64,000 bases of DNA from an uncultured Chloroflexia bacterium (GTDB taxonomy: Bacteria > Chloroflexota > Anaerolineae > Anaerolineales > UBA4823), in NCBI GenBank assembly GCA_963793095.1, contig CAWBYY010000004.1, positions 195,479 through 259,478 of the forward strand, given 5' to 3'. Every line of letters starts with the position of its first letter. The stretch's first letter is position 1. The notes below the pieces were generated by a model. The model did not search any database and was not told where the DNA came from. It saw nothing but the letters and a program-made list of their open reading frames with translations. Shown here in pieces: positions 1-9,775 of the stretch. The translations under genes and the position numbers were made by a program.

Positions 1-1
1 C

Positions 2-1654
2 ACTTTTGCAGCTGTTGAGCGAGTTATCCACCACCAACCTCTCGAACCAATTCCGGTGGATATTAATTCGAATACCCTGGTCGTCGGAGGTGGTATAGCC
101 GGTATCAGCGCTGCATTGGAACTGGCAGATGCCGGATACCACGTTTACCTGGTTGAGCGAGAGCCATCCATCGGCGGTCATATGGCCCAATTAGACAAAA
201 CTTTCCCAACCCTCGATTGTTCAGCCTGTATCTTGACTCCAAAAATGGTTGATGTTGGTCAGCATCCCAACATCACCCTCCTGACCTACAGCGAAGTCGA
301 GGCGGTTGAAGGTTACCTAGGAACCTACACTGTTACAGTTCGCAAGAAAGCCCGTTACGTGGATGAGGAACACTGCACCGGTTGTGGGATCTGTATTGAA
401 AAATGTCCTTTCAAGGTAATCGATAACGTCTTTGAAGCTGGATTAGGCGAACGCAAGGTTATTTACAGGCCTTTCCCGCAGTCAGTTCCAAAATATCCGG
501 TAATCGATACAGAAAACTGTGTGTATTTCCAAAGAGGTAAATGTAAAGCCTGCCAGTTATTCTGCCCTACTGAACCAAATTCAATTGATTTTGAACAGGA
601 AGACCAAATTATCCAGATGGAAGTTGGAAATATAATACTCGCTACTGGATATGATTTATTTGATGTAGGCAAAATTCCCCAATATGGTTACGGCAAACTG
701 GCGAATGTATTTACAAGCCTCGAATTCGAACGCATGGTAAATGCATCCGGACCAACCGATGGAAAAATCGTAATGCGGGATATGGAAACCCCGCCAAAAA
801 GTGTTGCGATCGTACACTGTGTTGGTTCACGGGATGAGAATTATCATAAATATTGCTCAAAAGTCTGCTGTATGTATTCCCTGAAATTTGCGCATCTGGT
901 TCACGAACGCATTCCAGAAGCAGAGGTATACAACTGTTATATCGATATGCGTACTCCAGGTAAGGGATATGAAGAATTCTACGACCGGCTACTAGAAGAA
1001 GGTACCCATTTTATTCGAGGAAAAGTTGCCGAAATAACCGATGTGGCCCGAATTCCCCAGGAAGAAGGGAAGCTGGTAGTTCAGGTGGCCGATACCCTTA
1101 TCGGCAAGCAGCGCCGGATTCCAGTGGATATGGTCATATTGAGTCCTGCAATGGAGGCAAAGCCTGATTCACGTGAAGTATCACAGCTCTTCAAAATGGG
1201 TTGTGACTTTGATGGCTTTTTTGTTGAACGCCACCCCAAGCTTGATCCGGTTGCGACCATGACCGAAGGAATCTACGTAGTAGGCGCATGCCAGGGTCCT
1301 AAAGATGTGCCCGAAAGTGTCGCCCAGGGCGCAGCAGCCGCCGCACGGGTTGCAAGCCTTATAAGCCGCGGTACTGTAATGATGGAACCTGTCCGGGCTA
1401 GTATAAATCAGGAAGAGTGCTCTGGATGCCGGATTTGCAACAATATGTGCCCCTACAATGCGATTATATTCCATGAAGATCGACAGGTCTCAGAAGTAAT
1501 CACAGCGCTTTGCCAGGGTTGCGGTACCTGTGTTGCTGCATGTCCAAGTGGGATTATAACTGGTGCGCACTTTACAAATGACCAGCTATTTTCCCAGATC
1601 GAAGGAATATTGTGGGATGTTCGTACTGAGTCCGAACTGGTGCCTGGAGATTAG
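2..1654 (+). CDS. hdrA: Heterodisulfide reductase subunit A-like flavoprotein (HdrA). The 5' end runs off the window.
   Basis: The frame is open from base 2 (TFAAVERVIHHQPLEPIPVD...), so the GTG at 56 is probably internal. It has a GGGIAG FAD fold, the DKTFPTLDCSACILTPKM HdrA signature and several CxxCxxCxxxCP ferredoxin motifs. Confidence 0.85.
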   Translation, partial: TFAAVERVIHHQPLEPIPVDINSNTLVVGGGIAGISAALELADAGYHVYLVEREPSIGGHMAQLDKTFPTLDCSACILTPKMVDVGQHPNITLLTYSEVEAVEGYLGTYTVTVRKKARYVDEEHCTGCGICIEKCPFKVIDNVFEAGLGERKVIYRPFPQSVPKYPVIDTENCVYFQRGKCKACQLFCPTEPNSIDFEQEDQIIQMEVGNIILATGYDLFDVGKIPQYGYGKLANVFTSLEFERMVNASGPTDGKIVMRDMETPPKSVAIVHCVGSRDENYHKYCSKVCCMYSLKFAHLVHERIPEAEVYNCYIDMRTPGKGYEEFYDRLLEEGTHFIRGKVAEITDVARIPQEEGKLVVQVADTLIGKQRRIPVDMVILSPAMEAKPDSREVSQLFKMGCDFDGFFVERHPKLDPVATMTEGIYVVGACQGPKDVPESVAQGAAAAARVASLISRGTVMMEPVRASINQEECSGCRICNNMCPYNAIIFHEDRQVSEVITALCQGCGTCVAACPSGIITGAHFTNDQLFSQIEGILWDVRTESELVPGD

Positions 1655-1664
1655 GAGATTAATT

Positions 1665-2150
1665 ATGAGTGAACAATTTGAACCTGTTATCGTAGGATTT
1701 TTATGCAATTGGTGTTCATATCGTGCAGCAGATTTAGCCGGAACCGCCCGGATTCACTATGCGCCTAATATGCGCCCTATCCGGGTGATGTGCAGTGGCC
1801 GGGTTGATCCGCAGTTCGTGTTGAAGGCGCTTAGAGAGGGTGCCGATGGAGTTATGATCGCTGGCTGTCATCCCGGTGAATGTCATTATGTCTCCGGTAA
1901 TATCAAAGCCCTCCGCCGCTTTATTTTATTAAAGAAAATGCTCAAGCAATTGGGGGTTGAAGAAGAACGGGTCCAGATTGTGTGGGCATCTGCTTCAGAA
2001 GGCATAATATTAGCCGAAGCAGTGAATAAAATGACCGAACAGATTAGAAAATTGGGTCCGCTAAATTGGAACCAGACCGTACTGGGTGGCGGAAATGGGC
2101 ACGGAAAAATGGCGCCAGTTGAAGTAGAAACTGAAGCGGAGGAGGTGTAA
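1665..2150 (+). CDS. mvhD: Methyl-viologen-reducing hydrogenase delta subunit (MvhD)
   Basis: ATG at 1665 is preceded by AGGAGA (1653-1658). Motifs: FLCNWCSY...MCSGRVD...AGCHPGECHY. The ORF-track start at 1563 overlaps hdrA and was rejected. Confidence 0.85.
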   Translation: MSEQFEPVIVGFLCNWCSYRAADLAGTARIHYAPNMRPIRVMCSGRVDPQFVLKALREGADGVMIAGCHPGECHYVSGNIKALRRFILLKKMLKQLGVEEERVQIVWASASEGIILAEAVNKMTEQIRKLGPLNWNQTVLGGGNGHGKMAPVEVETEAEEV

Positions 2151-2151
2151 T

Positions 2152-3180
2152 ATGTCGGAGAATGGAAAACCAAAATTAGGAATGTACTGGGCTTCCTCTT
2201 GTGGTGGTTGTGAAATATCTATTTTGAATATCCACGAGCATATCCTGGTTGTTGATGAAGTTTTCGACATTGCTTTCTTCCCATGCATTGCTGATTTTAA
2301 AACAAAAGACGTGAAAAATTACCCGGATGGATATATTGATGTCTGTCTTTTCAATGGCGCCATCCGGAATTCTGAAAATGAAGAGATGGCAAAACTGTTA
2401 CGCCAGAAATCAAAAGTTCTTGTTGCCTACGGTTCTTGCTCATATGAAGGTTGTATCCCTGCTCTTTCCAATCTAACAACCAAAGAAGCAACATTGAACA
2501 AAGTATTTCTTGATAATCCTTCAATCGATAATCCTGATGGCATCCTGCCGCAGCCTTTGTATGAAGTCCCGGAAGGGGAATTAGAAATACCTTTCTTTTA
2601 TCACACAGTAAAATCCCTCGACCAGGTTGTTGATGTGGATTACTATCTCCCGGGATGCCCGCCAGAACCTCCCCAAATTTGGGCAGTTCTCCAGGTTGTT
2701 GTGGCAGCGCTCACAGAAGGGGCTCCATTACCTCCCCCGGGTTCAATAGTCGGGGCTCGTAATGTCGCAGTCTGTGAAGAATGCCCATTGGTAAAAGAGG
2801 AAAAATCAATTACAAGGTTTTTCCGCCCTTACGAAATAACACCTGAACCTGGTATATGTCTGCTCGAGCAGGGTTTAGTCTGTATGGGGCCTGCAACCCG
2901 AGCAGGTTGTGGGTCATTATGCCCTCAAGTCAGTATGGGCTGCCGGGGTTGTTATGGCCCGTTGCCCGGTGTTGAAGACCAGGGAGCCAAGATGCTATCA
3001 GCAATAGCCTCTGTAATTGGCGTAGGAAATCCTGAAATGGAAGAAGATGAACTCGAGCGAGAAATTGAAGCTGTAGTGGATACTATTGCTGATCCTGCTG
3101 GCACATTTTACCGGTTCAGCATGGCGCATTCCCTTCTTCGCCGAGCGAACTTAAATGGTGATGTACAAGGAGTTGACTGA
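2152..3180 (+). CDS. mvhG: [NiFe] hydrogenase small subunit, F420-non-reducing (MvhG-like)
   Basis: N-terminal SSCGGCEISILN motif and C-terminal Cys clusters (CEECP, CMGPATRAGCGSLCP, CRGCYGP). It sits directly upstream of the large subunit, and its stop overlaps the next start (TGATG). Confidence 0.8.
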   Translation: MSENGKPKLGMYWASSCGGCEISILNIHEHILVVDEVFDIAFFPCIADFKTKDVKNYPDGYIDVCLFNGAIRNSENEEMAKLLRQKSKVLVAYGSCSYEGCIPALSNLTTKEATLNKVFLDNPSIDNPDGILPQPLYEVPEGELEIPFFYHTVKSLDQVVDVDYYLPGCPPEPPQIWAVLQVVVAALTEGAPLPPPGSIVGARNVAVCEECPLVKEEKSITRFFRPYEITPEPGICLLEQGLVCMGPATRAGCGSLCPQVSMGCRGCYGPLPGVEDQGAKMLSAIASVIGVGNPEMEEDELEREIEAVVDTIADPAGTFYRFSMAHSLLRRANLNGDVQGVD

Positions 3181-4670
3181 TGAAAAGAGTCACTATCGAT
3201 CCAATTACCCGACTTGAAGGGCATGGAAAAATTGAAATATTCCTCGATGATGCTGGTGATGTGGAAAACGTCTATTTTCAAATCCCGGAGTTACGTGGAT
3301 TCGAGCAGTTTTCAATCGGCAGACCTGCCGAGGAGATGCCCCGGATTACCAACCGGATTTGCGGTGTATGCCCGGAAGCCCATCACATGGCAGCAACCAA
3401 GGCATTAGACGCCCTTTTCCATGTTGAACCTCCTTCAGCTGCAAAAAAGATCCGCGAGATGTTCTATATGTCGTTTTACTGCACTGACCACACAGTCCAT
3501 TTCTACGCCTTGGGCGCTCCGGACTTCGTTATTGGCCCGCAGGGTCCCCCTGCTGAAAGGAATATTCTTGGAGTGATCCATAAAGTCGGATTGGAAATTG
3601 GAAAAGAAGTTATCGCCTGTCGAAAACGGAACCACGAAGTGATTGCGATGTTAGGCGGTCGCGGGATTCATCCTGTAGCAGGTCTTCCGGGTGGGTGGAG
3701 CAAAGCAATCAACGAGGAAGAGCGAGCAGAGATCGAACAAGTTGCCAAGGAAAATATTGATTTTGGTTTGTTCAGTCTAAAACTCTTTGAGGATGTCGTT
3801 CTCAGCAACCAGGAATATGTTGATTTGATCCTCTCAGATGCATACACCCACAACACCTATTACATGGGCACCGTCGATGAAAATAACCATGTCAATTTCT
3901 ACGACGGGATGATCCGGGTTACCGATCCCGAAGGTAGTGAATTTGTTAAGTATGAAGCCAAGGAATACGCCAAGCATATTGCTGAACGGGTTGAACCTTG
4001 GACATATTTAAAGTATCCGTATCTGAAGGAAGTCGGATGGAAGGGTTTTGTGGATGGAATGGACAGCGGCGTTTACTGCGCAACACCCCTTTCCAGGTTG
4101 AATGCATCTGATGGAATGGCTACCCCCAAAGCCCAGGAATTTTTTGAAAAGTTCTATGAAACCCTGGGAAGCGAAAAAGTAAATGGGCGGTATAAACCAG
4201 TTCATCACAGGCTGGCGACACACTGGGCACGGCTCGTGGAGTTGCTGTATGCAGCAGAGCGGATGCTAGAACTGGCGACCGATCCTGAAATTACTGACCC
4301 GAATGTTCGTGCCCCAGTAACCGAAACACCCGATGAAGGCATTGGTTGTGTTGAAGCGCCGCGAGGAACCCTGACCCACCACTATAAGACCGATAAGAAT
4401 GGGATCTTAACGGATGTTAATTTAATTGTTGGGACTACGAATAATTATGCTCCCATCACTATGTCAGTTAAGAAAGCTGCCGAGTCCCTTATCAATAAGG
4501 ATACCGAAGTGACTGAAGGGTTATTGAATATGGTGGAAATGGCGTTCCGCAATTACGATCCCTGCATGTCATGTGCGACCCATTCTCTCCCTGGGCAGAT
4601 GCCTTTAGAAATAATCATCCGCGATACTGAAGGAAATAAGATCAAAAGATTAAGCCAGTTTATAGAATAA
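3180..4670 (+). CDS. mvhA: [NiFe] hydrogenase large subunit (MvhA-like, group 3)
   Basis: RLEGHGKI, the N-terminal Ni-binding RICGVCPEAHH motif and the C-terminal DPCMSCATH motif, followed by a cleavable extension. Confidence 0.9.
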   Translation: MKRVTIDPITRLEGHGKIEIFLDDAGDVENVYFQIPELRGFEQFSIGRPAEEMPRITNRICGVCPEAHHMAATKALDALFHVEPPSAAKKIREMFYMSFYCTDHTVHFYALGAPDFVIGPQGPPAERNILGVIHKVGLEIGKEVIACRKRNHEVIAMLGGRGIHPVAGLPGGWSKAINEEERAEIEQVAKENIDFGLFSLKLFEDVVLSNQEYVDLILSDAYTHNTYYMGTVDENNHVNFYDGMIRVTDPEGSEFVKYEAKEYAKHIAERVEPWTYLKYPYLKEVGWKGFVDGMDSGVYCATPLSRLNASDGMATPKAQEFFEKFYETLGSEKVNGRYKPVHHRLATHWARLVELLYAAERMLELATDPEITDPNVRAPVTETPDEGIGCVEAPRGTLTHHYKTDKNGILTDVNLIVGTTNNYAPITMSVKKAAESLINKDTEVTEGLLNMVEMAFRNYDPCMSCATHSLPGQMPLEIIIRDTEGNKIKRLSQFIE

Positions 4671-4679
4671 ATTTGAAAT

Positions 4680-4722
4680 TCAACCTTGCGAAATCTGGCG
4701 AATAACCTATTCGCAAGGTTGA
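4680..4722 (+). promoter_or_regulatory. Perfect 13-bp inverted repeat (TCAACCTTGCGAA / TTCGCAAGGTTGA) between mvhA and the protease gene
   Basis: Stem arms at 4680-4692 and 4710-4722 with a 17-nt loop and no trailing T-run. The 3' arm abuts the GAAGGA ribosome binding site of the protease gene. Confidence 0.4.
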
Positions 4723-4731
4723 AGGATTATT

Positions 4732-5226
4732 ATGAAAACAATCATTGTCGGTTTGGGGAATCCAATTCTTTCAGATGACGGCGTGGGCGTTCTCTGTGCA
4801 AATGAAATCAAGAAATTAATACCGCGCAAGATGGAGGAGGATGTTGAAATTACAGAAGCATGTGTTGGCGGTATCCGACTTATGGAATTATTGGTTGGCT
4901 ACGACAGGGCGATTATTATTGATGCGATAAAAAGCAATAACGGGCACAGTGTCGGTGCCATCCGCAAAATGTCACTTAATGATTTACGTGAAATAAGTCC
5001 GACCCAGCACAGCTCATCCGCTCACGATACTTCGCTGGTCACTGCAATCGATTTCGGCAAGAAACTGGGATTACGCCTCCCTTTTGAGTATTATATATAT
5101 GCCATCGAAGTGGACAATATATCTGATTTTAGTGAGAACCCAAGTCATGAGGTATCCCTGGCTATTCCAATGGTATCTGAGATGGTTCTTAATGATCTCA
5201 AGGACTATTCAAATGCCAATGGATAA
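4732..5226 (+). CDS. Hydrogenase maturation endopeptidase (HycI/HoxW/FrhD family)
   Basis: N-terminal IIVGLGNPILSDDGVGV motif and conserved His region. It lies downstream of the large subunit. Confidence 0.8.
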   Translation: MKTIIVGLGNPILSDDGVGVLCANEIKKLIPRKMEEDVEITEACVGGIRLMELLVGYDRAIIIDAIKSNNGHSVGAIRKMSLNDLREISPTQHSSSAHDTSLVTAIDFGKKLGLRLPFEYYIYAIEVDNISDFSENPSHEVSLAIPMVSEMVLNDLKDYSNANG

Positions 5227-5293
5227 GAAGCCATTTATGAATATCAATAATAAAATAATAATTTTTTTTATGTAAGGAATTTGGAGGATTGTA

Positions 5294-5791
5294 ATGATAT
5301 CACCAGAAGTGCTGCGCAGATTCCCGTTTTTCTCCCGTTTGAGTTTAGCGCAAATCCAGATCCTGTCTAAACTTGCAACGGAGCAGAAATTCGAACCCGA
5401 CCACTCCTTTTTTCGTGAAGATGAGGACGCGGAAAGTTTTTATTTATTACTGGAGGGAGCAGTTGCAATCATATTTGAACTGCCCGTAAGGGATGTCGAA
5501 CACAAATTATCAGACCAGTTTTCCCGAGAATTAAAAACAAAAGATGTTGTTATAAGCACTGTAGGTCCTGGGGATGTGTTTGGCTGGTCAGGAATAGTCC
5601 CTCCCCATAAAGCGACGTCTGGAGCTAAATCTTTGACAACCTGCCGGGTTATAGCTTTTGACTGCAAAGCACTTGCTGAGGAATTTGAGAAGGATTGTGG
5701 TTTTGGATACATCATGATGCAAAAAGCAGCCCAGGTTATCAGCGAAAGACTGCGCGACCTCAGGATTGAGTCACTAGCATACGCAGCCTGA
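5294..5791 (+). CDS. Cyclic nucleotide-binding domain protein
   Basis: cNMP-binding beta-barrel pattern (FFSRLS...FFREDEDAESFYLLLEG...GPGDVFGW). No DNA-binding domain follows it. Confidence 0.7.
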   Translation: MISPEVLRRFPFFSRLSLAQIQILSKLATEQKFEPDHSFFREDEDAESFYLLLEGAVAIIFELPVRDVEHKLSDQFSRELKTKDVVISTVGPGDVFGWSGIVPPHKATSGAKSLTTCRVIAFDCKALAEEFEKDCGFGYIMMQKAAQVISERLRDLRIESLAYAA

Positions 5792-5810
5792 TTAATGGTA
5801 TAGATTTCTT

Positions 5811-5841
5811 AACCTTCCCTTTTTAAGGGAAGGTTTTTTTA
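5811..5841. terminator. Bidirectional intrinsic terminator
   Basis: AACCTTCCC-loop-GGGAAGGTT hairpin flanked by T-run/A-run, between convergent genes. Confidence 0.6.
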
Positions 5842-6510
5842 TTTAATCGATTCCATTTTGTAAAAATTTCTGAGGCTCCTGAAACAATAGATACTCAATT
5901 TATGGCCGACATCATCCTCACAGTAAGTTACATCCGCACCCGCCTTTTGAAGTAGATTTACTGATTCCCTTGCTTTTTCTACTCGCACATATTGATCTCT
6001 GGTCCCGTGAGCAATGAAAATACGTTTTCCCGCCAAAGGCTGGTCATCAACGAACAATTCAAAATTTTCTGGTAAAAACCCAGATAGCCCTGCAATAGAT
6101 CTGATAGCACCAGGTTTTAATAACCCTAATGTATACCCCAATGCTGCTCCCTGACTGAAACCTAGAATTGATATTTTTGATTTATCTCCCCCGTAGTCAT
6201 TTATTCTCTCAAACAACGGAAATAACCCTTCTACAGCCGGTTTGAACCTCTCCAGATTCGGCAATTCATAATTAAGATCTTCGAGCCAGCCGTAACCTCC
6301 TGAACCATATTCGAAAATCCCCCTGGGTGAAACTAAAAGCGTCTCACCAGGCAATCGACCTGAAAATATCCACATGGAATCCTCATTACCAGTCCAGCCA
6401 TGAAGCATAATTATTACTGGATGTGGTCCCGAACAATCCGGAATAAGAATTCGCACTATAAGACCGTTTATTGTAATGATTTCGGTGTTATATAAATAAT
6501 CATTTTTCAT
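5839..6510 (-). CDS. Alpha/beta hydrolase (phospholipase/carboxylesterase family)
   Basis: GFSQGA nucleophile elbow, HGTRD and a GH catalytic His near the C-terminus. Confidence 0.7.
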   Translation of the reverse strand: MKNDYLYNTEIITINGLIVRILIPDCSGPHPVIIMLHGWTGNEDSMWIFSGRLPGETLLVSPRGIFEYGSGGYGWLEDLNYELPNLERFKPAVEGLFPLFERINDYGGDKSKISILGFSQGAALGYTLGLLKPGAIRSIAGLSGFLPENFELFVDDQPLAGKRIFIAHGTRDQYVRVEKARESVNLLQKAGADVTYCEDDVGHKLSIYCFRSLRNFYKMESIK

Positions 6511-6720
6511 TGTCAGTTTCTTCGCCGGTCAAGATATTTATGCCATCAAACCCGATCAGATATTTTTTTCCTTACACGAACCGGTTCCCCGATTATCTAC
6601 AATCTCACCAGAGATCAGGCAAGTGTGAATAATTTCTCAACATCTGCATCTACATTTAATTAGAACACACTGATTATATTCAAAACCTATCAATCTTATC
6701 TAATAAGGTAAAATTATATA

Positions 6721-7065
6721 ATGTCTCAAAAATTTCAATGGGAGCGGGATTTTTCCAAAGAAATTGAAAATGCCAGATATTCTCGAGAAGCGGGAAATGA
6801 AGGCCGTGCGAGGGTATCTGCCCGTCGGGCAGCAGGAATCGCTGCAGGTGTATATCTCTCCCAGATTATGCCTGATTATAAAATAAAAGGCGCCCTGGAA
6901 AATTTATCTGATCTTCAATCTCACCCAGATGTTCGGGATAATATTAAAGAACTGGTAAATATTTTCCTTATCCGTGTTGATTATGACCACAATCTTCCAA
7001 TCGAAGCTGATTTAATTGAACAAGCGATTAATTTAAAGAATTTACTATTAACACCGGAAGAGTAA
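6721..7065 (+). CDS. Hypothetical protein
   Basis: Clean ORF with no family I can recognise. It forms a tight three-gene run with the next two ORFs. Confidence 0.4.
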   Translation: MSQKFQWERDFSKEIENARYSREAGNEGRARVSARRAAGIAAGVYLSQIMPDYKIKGALENLSDLQSHPDVRDNIKELVNIFLIRVDYDHNLPIEADLIEQAINLKNLLLTPEE

Positions 7066-7069
7066 AAAT

Positions 7070-7396
7070 ATGAATGATTTTCAATATATCTCCGACCTGA
7101 ATAAATTAGTCACTGATTTACAACCAGACAGCATCCTGAGCCGGACTATCCATAACGAAAATGGAGTGAAGATAATTTTATTTGTCTTTGCCAGCGGACA
7201 GGCGCTTACTGAACATACCTCTGCATCAAAAGCGTTTATTCATGTAATCTATGGGAAAGCCGAAATCAAAGTGCAAGATTTCTCCGAGACCGTAGAACCT
7301 GGTGCCTGGTTTTATTTACCTGCAGAGGTCCCCCACAGTATTTCTGCGCTTACAGAAATGCGAATGCTGTTATATCTTTTCAAATCTGGTGATTAA
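7070..7396 (+). CDS. Cupin domain protein
   Basis: Cupin metal motif pattern (GQALTEHTS...PAEVPHS). Confidence 0.65.
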   Translation: MNDFQYISDLNKLVTDLQPDSILSRTIHNENGVKIILFVFASGQALTEHTSASKAFIHVIYGKAEIKVQDFSETVEPGAWFYLPAEVPHSISALTEMRMLLYLFKSGD

Positions 7397-7413
7397 AGGT
7401 TTCAGGCAGATTT

Positions 7414-8175
7414 ATGAAAATTCTGGCAATTATTTCTGGCGAATATGGTAAAAGGCATGTTTCTAACATCCAAACTCATAGACCTTCAAACTGGGAAGTT
7501 CAGATATGGCAGGCACCTGAATCTTTCCCAATAGTGATCGATTACCCAGAAGAGTATATTCCAGCAAATTTACCAGAAACAGATTTACTTTTATCCTTTG
7601 GCGAACATCGCGGTGTAGCTGAATTAATTCAGGAGATCGCCATACAAACAGGCTCAAAATCTGTAATTGCCCCTGTGGACAATGAAAGTTGGCTTCCGCG
7701 AGGATTGGCGAGACAGCTGCGGAACTGGATGAAAGATATAAATGTTGTCTGTGTCACTCCTAAGCCGCTCTGTTCTCTCACTGAAACTGATTATCTCGAA
7801 TCCAGGTTTAAAAGAATCAGCTACAGTGACCCACTGATCACTGAATTTGCTGGATTTTTTGGACAACCAGAGATTCAGCTAACAATTGACCAAAAAAACC
7901 GGAAAATAACACACGCAAATATAATTAGAGATGCTGTATGTGGTTGCGCTCGTTTTGCAGCAGAAGGTTTAATTGATGTACCAGTTGATGATGCAGAAGA
8001 AAAAGCTGGTTTGCTCCATCACCATTTCCCGTGTCTTGCCTCAATGGGAAAGGATTCGGATTTTGGAGATACATTAATGCATATCTCAGGCAATTTACTT
8101 AAAGAGAATATAAATAAACAGGTGAAAGCTTATAAAGATGTCCGGTTTTTCACTCCAGGGAAACGAAGTGAATAA
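7414..8175 (+). CDS. Conserved Cys-containing protein, possibly DUF166-like
   Basis: About 250 aa with an MKILAI N-terminus and CGC / FPCLASMGKD motifs. The family assignment is from memory only. Confidence 0.4.
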   Translation: MKILAIISGEYGKRHVSNIQTHRPSNWEVQIWQAPESFPIVIDYPEEYIPANLPETDLLLSFGEHRGVAELIQEIAIQTGSKSVIAPVDNESWLPRGLARQLRNWMKDINVVCVTPKPLCSLTETDYLESRFKRISYSDPLITEFAGFFGQPEIQLTIDQKNRKITHANIIRDAVCGCARFAAEGLIDVPVDDAEEKAGLLHHHFPCLASMGKDSDFGDTLMHISGNLLKENINKQVKAYKDVRFFTPGKRSE

Positions 8176-8194
8176 TCAATCCTCTTAGTTTCAC

Positions 8195-8545
8195 CTATAG
8201 GGGAACAATCTGCGATCGAATAGGTCTTGTTATATCTTCATGAGACCTGGATTTTTCCTGTCTGAATATTTTAATCGCGCCAATTACTGTAAAAACTGCC
8301 CTGATGCCAGTAAGTAAAATGATAATTACGCTTGTAACTCCCGCGAAGAGTAAAAATCCATATCTAAGGAATTTTGGCAAGGTTAATCTCCACCCTGGAT
8401 AGGAGAGTAAATCTAATTTTAATTTATCCCGAAACTCAGTTTGCGGATTTATCATGTGAAAAATTTTCTGCAGTTCAAATTCAATCAGATTGAGGTCATT
8501 TCCAGAATCTGATGATTGAGTTGAATTATCCATGAATGAAGTCAT
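8195..8545 (-). CDS. Single-pass membrane protein, putative anti-sigma factor
   Basis: Lies immediately downstream of the ECF sigma gene and has one hydrophobic segment (FLLFAGVTSVIIILLTGI). Start chosen at MTSFMDN. Confidence 0.35.
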   Translation of the reverse strand: MTSFMDNSTQSSDSGNDLNLIEFELQKIFHMINPQTEFRDKLKLDLLSYPGWRLTLPKFLRYGFLLFAGVTSVIIILLTGIRAVFTVIGAIKIFRQEKSRSHEDITRPIRSQIVPL

Positions 8546-8627
8546 AATTCCTCCACTGGGTAAGCGATAATACATGAAGTTCCTGTAACTGAATTTGCAG
8601 AAATACTTGTTGATATTCCAGTCATTA

Positions 8628-9200
8628 TTAATTCATCTTCTTCAGCTGAATGTCTTTGGATTTCACCATTTCTTCCCGCAGAGCTATCAAAGTCCGGTGG
8701 TAAAGACTCTTTATTGCACCTTCAGTCCTTCCCATTATTCGTCCAATCTCCGCATTTGAGAGATGTTCGACATATTTTAAAAATAATAATTGCTGCCGTT
8801 CAGGGGGGAACGATTGGACAATCTCCAACATTATTTGGTGCTCCTCGGTAAAAAGTAATTCCTGTTCAGGATAATTATGAGAATCAGTTGAAAATACTCC
8901 ATCTTCAAGTTGAATTTCTTTACGACGGCTGTTATCACGGTACCAGTTTGCTACAAGGTTATGCGCAATACGGTACAACCAGGCAGAAAATGGTAGGCCT
9001 CTGTTATCATAGTTGACAATATGCCGTAACGCCCTATAAAAAACCCTTTCGGTCAGGTCCTCCGCATCGTTTCGATTTCCAGTTCGATAATAAATATACG
9101 AATATATCTTGCTGATGTAACGTTCATACAGCAATCCGAATGCTTCGCGGTCACCATTTGATGCAAGATTCAGAAGCTCATCATCGCTTCTTCCAGGCAT
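8628..9200 (-). CDS. RNA polymerase sigma-70 factor, ECF subfamily
   Basis: Region 2 (FGLLYERY...DAEDLTERVFYRA) and region 4 HTH (LSNAEIGRIMGRTEGAIKSLYHR). ATG at 9200 has a GAAGGAAC ribosome binding site. The upstream ORF-track start was rejected. Confidence 0.8.
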   Translation of the reverse strand: MPGRSDDELLNLASNGDREAFGLLYERYISKIYSYIYYRTGNRNDAEDLTERVFYRALRHIVNYDNRGLPFSAWLYRIAHNLVANWYRDNSRRKEIQLEDGVFSTDSHNYPEQELLFTEEHQIMLEIVQSFPPERQQLLFLKYVEHLSNAEIGRIMGRTEGAIKSLYHRTLIALREEMVKSKDIQLKKMN

Positions 9201-9337
9201 TTTTTGTTCCTTCAATTGTGGAGTTTGCGACGATCGCGAAAGAATGCCACTAAATCTTTGCATTTTTCTTGCATGTAGAAACCCCAACTGAATATAAAAG
9301 TTTCTTTGAGTATATCATGTCAAAATTTGATCAATAT

Positions 9338-9366
9338 TTTAGTATTTAGAATAAAATTGGTATAAT
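9338..9366 (+). promoter_or_regulatory. Putative ssrA promoter (TTTAGT-N17-TGgTATAAT)
   Basis: Extended -10 TGGTATAAT ends 8 nt before the tmRNA 5' GGGG. Confidence 0.4.
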
Positions 9367-9374
9367 ATCATTAC

Positions 9375-9773
9375 GGGGATGAAAGGTCTCGACGGGAGAG
9401 GCTGGCCCCGGATTGCGAGCCGAGAGGCGCCGATCTCGTAAAATCAGCGCAAACAAAAAGTGCCAATCGCACTGAATACGCTGCTCTCCCGCTTGCTGCA
9501 TAAGCGAGCCTAGGAGCGCATGATCCTCAAAGTAGGGTCACGTCCTCTTGCTCCGAACTCCGATCGGGAGCAGATGCAGGGCGACAAAAAGATTGGAGTG
9601 CTGCACGTCCATATCGCTAAACGTGAATAAGAGAAGCTTTCGGGCTTCAGCGGTTAGCCAACCGGCTTCCTTTGTTGGTCCGGGGCTGGCAGGCGAATAA
9701 CACAGATCAACTACGCTCGTAGATATCCGAGGGACGAATCTTTCGGACTCGGTTCGATTCCCGACATCTCCAC
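9375..9773 (+). ncRNA. ssrA: tmRNA (SsrA); tag reading frame GCC...TAA at 9462-9503 encodes ANRTEYAALPLAA
   Basis: 5' GGGGATG pairs with 3' CATCTCC (G3:U pair), followed by discriminator A. T-arm GGTTCGATTCCCGAC. The resume region resembles the E. coli layout (CTCGTAAAA...GCAAA...GCC). CCA is not encoded. Confidence 0.9.
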
Positions 9774-9775
9774 TA

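Noticed and set aside
1563-1664. Upstream extension of mvhD proposed by the ORF track.
   Set aside because: It overlaps the hdrA 3' end. A good ribosome binding site precedes the ATG at 1665, and the MvhD homology starts there.
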